NCBI RefSeq assembly: GCF_009914755.1
Contig: NC_060944.1
Strand: one strand, 5' to 3'
Source of the DNA: the human T2T-CHM13v2.0 reference genome, Homo sapiens
DNA length: 64,000 nt
Under the pieces are notes generated by a model. That model was not told the DNA's origin and did no database searches. It was given only the letters and a program-made list of their open reading frames with translations. The translations under genes and the position numbers were made by a program. Shown here piece after piece: positions 15,060 to 27,560 of this stretch. Numbering within the stretch: position 1 is the stretch's first letter; every line of letters starts with the position of its first letter.

Positions 15060-16670
15060 TACTAGATTCAGAAGAAAAATGTCTTGAAAAAATATAAAAT
15101 AGTTAATAAAGGCATTTACTAGGATGCGTCTTTTTGTGTTCTCAGTAAATTTGAACGCTGAGATACAAGAAACGACAGATGACATAGTAAGATTAAAAGA
15201 GTTGCTAAGATGCAAGCAGAAATTGAGATAAAGATTGTAAATACCTGTAAAATCCAATAGCTTAATAAAACTTGTATTGGGATTAGAAGCAGTAAAGAAA
15301 ATAAATAATATTGCAGAAAATGGAGTTGGTGTTAAGGAAGATGCAGTTAAGAAGATCTCCTGGAATGTAGAGAAAAAGCCCAGGGAAAGAAGGTAGTTAT
15401 CAATGGGGAGGATATATGGAGGACAGAGAATGGAAATTCTGGGCTGTAGGGACAAAAGATGGAAGCAGTGTCACTGCGCCCAGGGGCAGGGATCACCAAG
15501 TAGAAACTGGAAAAAGAGGGAGCCTTGTCCAGCCCAAGTTGGAGTCACAGAAGGGATGCAGTCAAGGCAAGGAAGAGGGGGAAATACCCTTCTTCTTGCT
15601 TTCCACACTGCAATCTTCTGCCAGTCTGTATCTCTGGCCAAACCTATCCTGAAGGGAGCGGATGAGGGAACCTGGAAAATGCAGCCTGTATGGGTCAGCC
15701 CTACTGTGATACCAAATAAGCAACGGAAAGGGCAGGGATGGGCATGAGGGCAAAAACAGGTGAAGGACTGGTCTATACAACTTAGAAGACACTTTTTACA
15801 ACAAAAACTGCCTGAGTCAAAAGTTGATTTGACTGACACAAATTAAATGTATCAGTTAAATACGTGAAGGCCAAACATGACAGTAAATGGATTAAATTCC
15901 TCCATTAAAAGAAGATCTGTCTTAGATTTGGTTTAGAATCCACCAAAGCCAATTATAGCTATTTGTCAAAGCTTCACCTAAAAGAGGCAAAAAAAAAAAA
16001 AATGCTAAAAATAAAAACTGAGACTAGGAGTGACAATATTAACATCAGTAAAAAAGTATAGTACAAGGTAAATATAATTATTAGAAGTCATTTTATGCCA
16101 ATGAAAGAAAATTCACATGAATGCTATGATCCTAATTTCCATTTATCTCAGTGATTCTCAACTAAGTTGGTAAAAGATGCCCCAAAGATCATATCAGAGT
16201 CTAAGAAGTCATTTTATAAAAACTCACATACACACATATTCTGATATTCAGCGGGAGGGGGCAAGTAATCCCATTTCCACTGACCCAGAATTACTACTGA
16301 TGGGCATACATTGCAGCCTTCAGATGTTGTGGCAAACAACCAACCAACCAACCAATAAAACCCTAAACAAACCCAAAACAAAACAAAACAAAAAACCAAA
16401 AAACCATCATGTAGCCTTTGGTTTAAAATAAATGTATGATTAGTAATATTGACTTTGATTTAATAGATTTGGATTAAATTTTGTGTTCTGAAAATGGCAA
16501 GAAAATTTTCATTGTTTTTATGCAATAAAACATGGAACATTTATCACAATCTATACTAGTTTATAAAGAAAATTGATGATCAAGATATTGGAAATGATTC
16601 TGGATAAAATCTCTGATAAGAATGAAATAAAATTAAAATTAGTTTAATTTTATAAAGTGTCAATGAAAAA
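15060..16670 (+). mobile_element. Ancient L1 (L1ME-like): ORF1 remnant and start of ORF2; continues at ~24260
   Basis: aaatggattaaattcctccattaaaaga encodes NGLNS-IKR of the ORF2 endonuclease start; an LTR-like fragment interrupts at ~15400-15780. Confidence 0.6.
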
Positions 16671-16676
16671 TTCCAA

Positions 16677-18138
16677 ACATCAGTTGGCTGTTAACATGTG
16701 GCTTTATTTCTGGATTTTCTATGCTGTCCCATTGGTTTATGTGTCCAGCTTTATACCAATACCATGCTGTTTTGGTTATTATAATTACGTTTTTGAATGC
16801 TGTTGGATTTGATTGGCTAATGTTCTGTTGAGGATTTTTGCATCTCTGTGCATTAGGGATACTGGCCTGTAGTTTTTCTCTTTTACATGTGTGTCCTTAT
16901 CTGGTTTTACTATGAGGGTAATGCTGGCCTTGTAGAATGAATTAGGGAGAATTCTCTCCTCTTAGATTTTTGGGAGTAATTTCAGAAGGATTGGTATTAG
17001 CTTATCTTTGTAAGTTTTGTAGAATTCAGCTGTGAATGCATCTGGTCCTGGGCTTTTCTCTGTTGGGAGAGTTTTTATTACTGATTCAAACTCACTACTC
17101 ATTTTTGGCCAATTTAAGTTTTCTATTTCTTCCTGATTCAATCTTGGTTGGTTGTGTGTTTCCAGGAATTTATCCATTTCCTCTAGGTTTTTCAGTTTGT
17201 TAGCATATAGTTGTTCATAATCATCTTTTGTTTTTCTGTAGCATCAGTTGTAATGTCTCCTTTTTCATTTCTGATTTTGTTGATTTAAGTCTTCCCTTTT
17301 CTTGTTTAGTCTGGCTAGTGGTTTATTGACTTTTTTTATCTTTTCAAAGAATTGACTTTTTTCTTTTATTGACTTTTGTATTTTTTTAGTCTCTATTTCA
17401 TTTAGTTCATTCTAATCTTTACTATTTTTCTGCTAATTTGGGGTTTTGTTGTTTTTTCCTTTTTTAGTTTCTTTAGGTACATTGTTAGACTGTTAATTTA
17501 TAATATTTCCACATTTTGATGTAGGCATTTATTGATATAAACTTCCCTCTTAGCACTGCTTTTGCTATATCCCACAGGTTTTGGTTGTTGTATTCCCATT
17601 TTAATTTGTTTCAAGAAATTTTTTTATTTTCATCTTAATTTCTTTGTTGATGTAATAGTCATTCAGGAGCATTTTTTAAATGAATTTGTATAGTTTCCAG
17701 AGTTCCTCCTGGTATTGATTTATTTGTTTTATTCTATTGTGGTCTAAGAAGATACTTAATATAATTTTGATTTTTAAAATTTGTTGAGACTTGCTTTGTA
17801 GCTTAACATATGGTCTATCCTGGAGAATATTCTATGTGCTGATGAAAAAATGCATATTCTGTGGTTGTATAGAACGATCTGTAAATGTTAGGCCCATTTG
17901 GCCTAAAGTCCAGTTTAAATCCAACGTTCTTTGTTGATTTTATGTCTAGGTGACCTGCTCAATGCTGAGAGTGGAATGTTGAAGTTCCCCACCACTACTG
18001 CATTGCATCTCTCTCTCTCTTTGGACCTAGTAATATTTGCTTTATGAATCTGGATGCTCTAGTATTGAGTGCATATATATTTAGAATTGTTAGATCCTCT
18101 TGCTGGGTTGATCTTTTTATCTTTATGTAATAATGTTC

Positions 18139-18174
<36 letters not shown>

Positions 18175-18411
18175 GTTTTTTGTTTTTTTGTTTTTTTGTT
18201 TTTTTTTTTTTACTGTTTTTGAGTTGAAGTCTGTTTTATGTGATAGAAGTACAACTATTCCTGCTCATTTTTGGTTTCCATCTGCATGGAATATCTTTTT
18301 CCATCTTTTTACTTCCAGTCTCTGTGTCTTTACTAATAATTTGAGTTTCTTGTAAGAAGCAAATAGTTCGATCACATTTTTAAAAGACTCTATTCAGCTA
18401 TTCTCTCTTTT
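16677..18411 (-). mobile_element. L1 (L1PB/L1MA-age) ORF2 portion, 3'-truncated with an internal deletion near 16787
   Basis: ORF 16962-17177 [22 protein letters not shown]...[13 protein letters not shown] is L1 ORF2p. Confidence 0.92.
18140..18170. repeat. (TG)n microsatellite followed by T-rich tract
   Basis: Direct reading. Confidence 0.95.
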
Positions 18412-18433
18412 TTTCATTTTATAAACACTTGGT

Positions 18434-18439
18434 TTTATT
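18434..18439 (-). terminator. Polyadenylation signal AATAAA of the NEFH retrocopy
   Basis: tttatt on the plus strand, ~20 nt from the residual polyA (T run 18408-18414). Confidence 0.85.
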
Positions 18440-19440
18440 GCACAGAAGAAGTTGAAAGTGGACTCCAGTGGAAAGTGCGCACTGGCATAATTCAGTGGCC
18501 AGTGCCCAGCCCCACCTGGGCAGCTCTTCTAGAATAGAGAGCTCTGGGCAAGGGCTTGACCACTCCTTTGGAAAACAGAAGGCATGTAGAAATAGTTTAA
18601 GACATGTCAAGCATAATGTGTTTGTAACTGCTCATTCATTATTGTGGTCATCTGTCAGTTGCACATGGAGGAAATAAATGAACTTATTTGGAAAGGAGGG
18701 GGGCAGTTTTTTATAGTCAAGAGTTTACGTGTGGCATTCAGCATGTACCACATTCAGCTACATAAGCTTTCATAACAATTGTCCATCGCTTGGGGAGGGT
18801 GTGGGGGCAGGGGGCTGGGAGTGCCCTCTCTTGCTAACATATTGCTAACAGAAATTCCTGTTTGAAGAAGAAGGCCCCATCATCTAAGCAGTTTCTTCTT
18901 ACATTAAGAGAGAAAAAGTGAAAATTGCATTACTCCGATCCTTGAGCTCTGGGCCCCTTCTGAGTTTCTTTGGCTGCTCCAGACATTCCTTTCTCCGTGC
19001 CTTACTTCCCCTTGGCAGCCTTGTCTTCTGTGGCTTTCTCTGGAGGCCTGCTGTCTTTTTGGTCTGTGCTGGAGGATTTTTCAGCCTTTTCTGCTTTATG
19101 TTTGCTTGGGTCCCTTGAGAGGGTCTTGTCATCCTCCTTGGTTTTGGCCTCTGTCTTGGGTTTCTCCTCAGGCTTCTTGGCCTCGGTGGCCTTCTCCTCC
19201 TTGGTGTCTTTTTTCTCTGGTGCTGCTGCTGCCTCCTCCTTCTCTGCTGGTTTGGTAGGTCCCTTGGCTTTGGCATCATCTGGTTCCTTCTTGGCCACCT
19301 GTCATCTCTTTGGGTTTAGCGTCTTCCTTCACCTCCACATTGGCAGGAGCCTCCTTCTCTGGGGTGGCTGCTTTTTTCTTATCTTTAGTCTCTTCCTTCT
19401 TGGCTTCAACTTTGGATTCTTTGGGCTTTTCGAGCCCAAA

Positions 19441-19835
19441 CTTGACTTCAGCTGAAGATTTTGCCTCTTCCTTCTCAGAGGACTTCGCTTCCTCCTTTGT
19501 TGGGGACTTGGCCTTTTCAGGCCTTTTCAGGGGACTTGACCTCAGCTGGAGACTTTGCTTCTTCCTTCACTGGGGACTTGGCCTCAGCTGGTGACTTTGC
19601 TTCTTCCTTCACTGGGGACTTGGCCTTCTCTGGAGACTTGGCCTCAGCTGGTGATTTTGCCTTTTCCTTTGCTGGGGACTTGGCCTTCTCGGGGAACTTG
19701 ACCTTGGCTGGGGATTTTGCTTCCTCTTTCTCTGGGGACTTGGCCTCAGCTGGTGACTTTGCCTCTTCATTCACTGGGGACTTGGCTTCCTTTTCTGGGG
19801 ATGTGGCCTCTTCTGTTGGGGGAGACTTTGCTTCT
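19441..19835 (-). repeat. KSP-coding degenerate tandem repeat (14 intact KSP plus ~4 degenerate)
   Basis: Repeating ggggacttggcc / gactttgcttcttcc units; ORF 19517-19966. Confidence 0.95.
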
Positions 19836-20479
19836 TCTCCCCCTTCTGCCCCCTCCTCTTCACCCTCTTCTTCCTCCTTGCCCTCCTCCTCTCTGGCCTC
19901 TTTCTCCTCTTCTTCAGTCACTTCTTCAGTCACTTGGGTCTCCTCCATCTGTTCCCCCACAATCACAGTTTCTCTGACTTCTCTACCACTTTGATCTTCT
20001 CTTCACTTTTGACCTTTATGTGAGTGGACACGGAGGGAATTTTGGGGAGTCCTTCTGGAAGCGAGAAAGGAATTGGGCCGAAGCTAGTCCGACACTCTTC
20101 GCCTTCCAGGAGTTTTCTGTAAGCGGCTATCTCTATATCCAAAGCCATCTCGACATTAAGCAGGTCCCAGTATTCTCGCAGCTGGGCTATCATCTCCCAC
20201 TTGGTGGTCCTCAGCTCGGCATCCAGTTGCTGAATGACTTCCTCGTAGGAGGCAATGTTGGCCTGATGACGGTCCTCCAGCTCAGAGCGCTGCCTCTCCA
20301 GTGAGCCCTTGGTGCTTTTCAGTGCCTCCAGCTCTGTGGTCCTGGCCTGCAGCTGACGCCGGTACTCAGTTATCTCCTCCTACGCTGAGCACATGGCATC
20401 TATGTTCACCTTCGCTGCCTCTAACGTCAGTCCAGCCTTACTCAGAACCACTCCTCGGACTGCAGCGTGCTCTGCACCG

Positions 20480-21312
20480 CATGGCCTTCAAGCTGCACGC
20501 CGCGCCGATCTCGCTCAGCGCCGATGTCACTTCGCCCTTGAGAGCGTTGCGCAACTCAGCCTGCACCTGCGCGGCGCCGCAGCCCTGGGTCTGGCCGAGC
20601 AGCTCGACCACCTGCTCCTCCTGGTAGTGGCGCGACAGGTAGCCGCACTCCTCCTGCAGCGCTTGCACCTGCTTCTGCAGTTCCACGCGCGCCGCCTCGG
20701 CCTCCTGCGTGCAGCGCGTGAGTGCGCGGGCTGCCGCCTCGGCCTCCTCGCGCTGCCAGAGCTCGTTGTCGAGGCGCTGGCACACGTGCGCGATGTCCTC
20801 GAGCAGGTGCTCCTGTTCCAGGCGCAGCTGCCCAGGCGCAGCATCGCACCGCGCGTCTCACGGACCTCGCGGCCCGCCTGCTGCTGCTGCAGGGCCGCTG
20901 CCTCGCCCTCCAGGCTGCGGTTGTGCACCTCCAGCTGCCGCTCCTTGTCGATGTAGCCCGCAAAGCGGTCCGTCGGCGCCTGCAGCTGCTCCTCCTCACT
21001 GCTCGTTGTAGCAGCCGCCACCACGCATCCCTCTGGCTGGTTGCTCAGCGTGTCCAGCGAGTCGGTGCTCGAGGCGGCGGCTGGGCGAGGCGGACACGGA
21101 GCTCACGGACGTCCACGTCCACGAGTGGAAGCCGCTGGAGGAGCCAGCGGCCGAGCGCGTCCCGCCTGTGCCGCTCTTTGGGGCCAGAGCGTAGTGGAGG
21201 CTGCCACCGCCGTGCAACGGCAGGAACAGGGCGCCCAGCAACGCGTCCGCGCTTCGGAAGCTCATCATGGCTGGAGCAGGTGCGCGGGGCCGGGCCGGGA
21301 CGGGGCGGGACA
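20480..21312. promoter_or_regulatory. CpG-island-like segment inherited from NEFH exon 1
   Basis: Visibly GC-rich with dense CpG (cgcg, ggcggcgg) against AT-rich L1 flanks; regulatory activity not shown. Confidence 0.7.
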
Positions 21313-21318
21313 CACTGC

Positions 21319-24256
21319 CTCTCTATCTTTTAAGTGGAGAATTTAATCCGTTTACATCCAAAGTTATTGATATGTCAGGCTTTGTTCCTGTCATATTGTT
21401 AATTGCTTTTTGGTTCTTTTATATGTTGTTTGTTCTTTTCTTTCTCTTTTATTGTTTGATGGGTTTCTGTAGTGGTACCACTTGAGTTTTTTCTTTCTCC
21501 ATTTTGTAATAACTTTTCCAGTGAATTTTATACTTTCATGTATTTTCATGATGGTAAATGTTGTTTTTTCATTTCCATTTTTAGGACTCTCTTGAGCATT
21601 TCTTGTAGGACCAGTCTAGTGCTAATGAATTCCTTCAGCATTTGGTTGTCTGAGAAAAACTTTATTTCTCCTTCATTTACGGAGGATAATTTTGCCGAAT
21701 GTTGTATTCTTGTTTGACATTTTTTTTTCTTTTAGCAGTTTGCATATATCATCTTATTATCTTCTGGTCTGTACGATTTCTGCTGAGAAATCTGTTAGTG
21801 TGTTGAAGTTTCCTTTATAGGTGATGAAATGCTTTTCTCTTGTTTTTAGGATTCATTCTTTTTCTTTGACTTAAGACGGTTTGACTATAATACGCCATGG
21901 AGAAGACCTTTTGTGTTGTATTTTCCTGGGAATTGCTGGAAGATTGAGCCTCTTGTATCTAAATGTTTAAATATCTTGCTAGACTTGGGAAGTTTTTGTC
22001 TATTATTTAATTAAATAGGTTTTCCAATTCTTTCTTTCTCTCTTCACCCTTGGGAATACTGACAATTCAAATATTTAATAACTTCGTGTTGTCCCAAATG
22101 TCATAAAGGCTTTGCTTATTGTTTTTACTCTTTTTTTTCCTTTATTTTTGTCTGACTAGATTATCTTAAAAGACCTATATTCGAGTTCTGACATTCTTTC
22201 TTCTGCTTGATCTAGTCTATTGTTGGAGCATTCAAATGTATTTTGTATTTGCATCAATAAATTCTTCAGTTCCAGAATTTATATTTAGTTATTTTAAGAA
22301 GTATCTATCTCTTTGGTAAATTTCTTATGTTTATTTTGAATTGCTTTTCTTATTTCCTTGAATTGTTTTTCAGAATTCTCTTGTATCACATTGAGCTTCT
22401 TTAAAATCAATATTTTGAATTCTCTATATGGAATTTTAAATTTCTTTTTGATTAAGATCTATTGCTGGATAATTATTGTGCTCCTATGGAGGTGTCATAT
22501 TTCCCTGCATTTTTATGTTTTCTGTGTCCTTACAATCGATATCTGCACATCTGGTGTAACAGTCATTTTTTTTTTTTTCTATTTTTGATTTACTTTTGTA
22601 GGGAGAACTTTTTCCTGAAGCTCTATGTATGGTGTTGAGTGGGTAGGACACATTACTTTGATTCTGGGTGCATACAGTAGTGTAGTCTCTGCACGATTTC
22701 TTTGTCTGTAGACAGTGTTAGTGGAATCTGTGATTTCCTCATTGGGTTACATTGTGGTTATTAGTGAAGGTTGTGGTAAAGTTGTGATGGAGACTGAGAT
22801 GGCAATTGGGTCAGTCTTCAGGCCACAGTCATGGCAGCAGTGAGCTGAGTCTGCCTCTGTGTCCCATGATGGTGTACACTGGCACCTGTGTTGGCAGTTA
22901 CTGGTGGGCTGATTCTTTGGCCTCCAGGTGGCTTACTTGAATATCAGTAGTGGCAGCAGTGGATCAGATGGGTGAGTGGGTTCCTGGGCCCCTGGGAAGC
23001 TGGTGTGGCATGGGCGATGACAATAGCAGTACTGGAGCAATTTTCTGGGGCCCAAGTGGTGTGCATATTGATGTTGGCAGTGCTTGTAAATGGCTAGGTT
23101 GAACAGTCTTCAGACCCACATGTTATGCTTGCAGGTAAGTGCCAGCTAAGGTGGTAGTGGCTGGGAGTTTAGTCTCAATTTCAGGCCCATGGAAGGAGTG
23201 GTCAGGTGCCCGAGGTGGTGGATTAGGTTGGGCAATCACCTGGACTGTGTGCTCTGTGTCGAGAGGGAGAATGGCATAGTCAGGATGGATGGGCCTGTGC
23301 TTGCCACTGGTGAGAGAGGGCACTAGGCACTGTGAGTGAGGGCATGGCAATCCTTTGGCTCCAGGTGGAGTGTTCCAATGAAGGAAGTAGCAGTTGCACT
23401 GAGGATATCCCACTGGAGAAGATGGGGCCAGCTTCAGTGGCCACAGTCTGGGCCAGCAGGTGGACAATACATATCCCTGCTTCATCCTAGTTCTGATGGG
23501 GCTCGCCCCACATCCCTGGCAGTGTTAGCGTGTGCCTAGCTTGCACTCTAGCCCTGGCTGCAGGAGGCCCTGCCCAGATCGTGACCAAGTCCCAGCAGCA
23601 ACTCACACTTCACTTGTGTCCCAGTCTCAAGTCCCAGCAGTACTTCCTTCCTGGCACTGGCAAACTGCAGCCTGCACATTGCTCACTTCTCAGCTCGGGC
23701 TGTGGGAGTACTCCCAGCTCATGCTGCAGTCTCAGCAGTGACAACCCCATTTTCCTGAGTGCCTCAGTCCCAGTGCTGCTGGGCCCCAGGACAGTGTGCA
23801 GAAGCTAAGTTTGAAAATGATGACTTGCTATAGTTTCTTAGGTCTCAGAAGAGTGTGGGACTCAGTGTGAGCTCCCTCGCCCCACAGCAATTCCATCCAG
23901 TCATCTCCCAGCAGCTTCTTGTGTCAGTTTCAGAGATTGGGAGGGTGGAGGTTCTCTTACGTGACCAGGATTGCATGATTGCATGGTGGGGCTGTGTGTT
24001 GCTGGAAGTCTCTCACTCACTCTTCCCCACATTGGGAAGTTACTCCCGGCTCCCAGCCAATCCTGGCCAAGCGGGCTGCCTTGCTTTCTTCTCCTTCCTC
24101 ACTTTTGGTGTTTTCTGTCACTTCTCTCTTGAATTCCAGTGTTCTGTCTTGGATAATGTATTCAAAGTGTGACTGTGTATACACTATTTTTGTTCCCCTA
24201 AGTGGACAAGGAAAGCGTGAAATTCTTCTCATCAGCCATCTTGAAGTCTTTCCTCT
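21319..24256 (-). mobile_element. 5' half of the same L1: 5'UTR, ORF1 and first codons of ORF2
   Basis: Minus strand gtaaacggattaaattctccacttaaaaga (VNGLNSPLKR); ORF1-like antisense text; 5' terminal caagatggc (YY1-type site, 24235-24243). Confidence 0.85.
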
Positions 24257-24259
24257 GTA

Positions 24260-27560
<3,301 letters not shown>

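Larger units (their letters stand above)
18408..21318 (-). pseudogene. NEFH: Processed (retro) pseudogene of neurofilament heavy polypeptide NEFH; CDS remnant 21268 to 19002
   Basis: Fragmented ORFs give the NF-H head (MMSF..ADALLG..LHGGGSLHYAL), rod ([28 protein letters not shown]), KSP repeats and C-terminus (KATEDKAAKGK*). The three exon junctions are fused (~20441, ~20241, ~20116). Stops include CGA>TGA at 20442-20444; multiple frameshifts. 3'UTR, AATAAA, short A tail and degenerate TSD present. The symbol names the parent gene; which annotated NEFH pseudogene this is cannot be determined here. Confidence 0.97.

Noticed and set aside
14991-15455. 154-aa hydrophobic ORF
   Set aside because: Antisense of an A-rich decayed L1 ORF1; compositional artefact
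19441-19835. Repeat-spacer-like periodicity suggestive of a CRISPR array
   Set aside because: Explained by KSP codon repeats; eukaryotic context with no cas genes
19002-21268. Functional NEFH gene or intact retrogene
   Set aside because: No introns, several frameshifts (~21076, ~20830, ~19966, ~19520, ~19298), in-frame stops and a large tail deletion
18918-21346. Long plus-strand ORFs (up to 203 aa) over the pseudogene
   Set aside because: Antisense shadows of GC-rich and repetitive coding sequence; low-complexity translations with no recognisable domain
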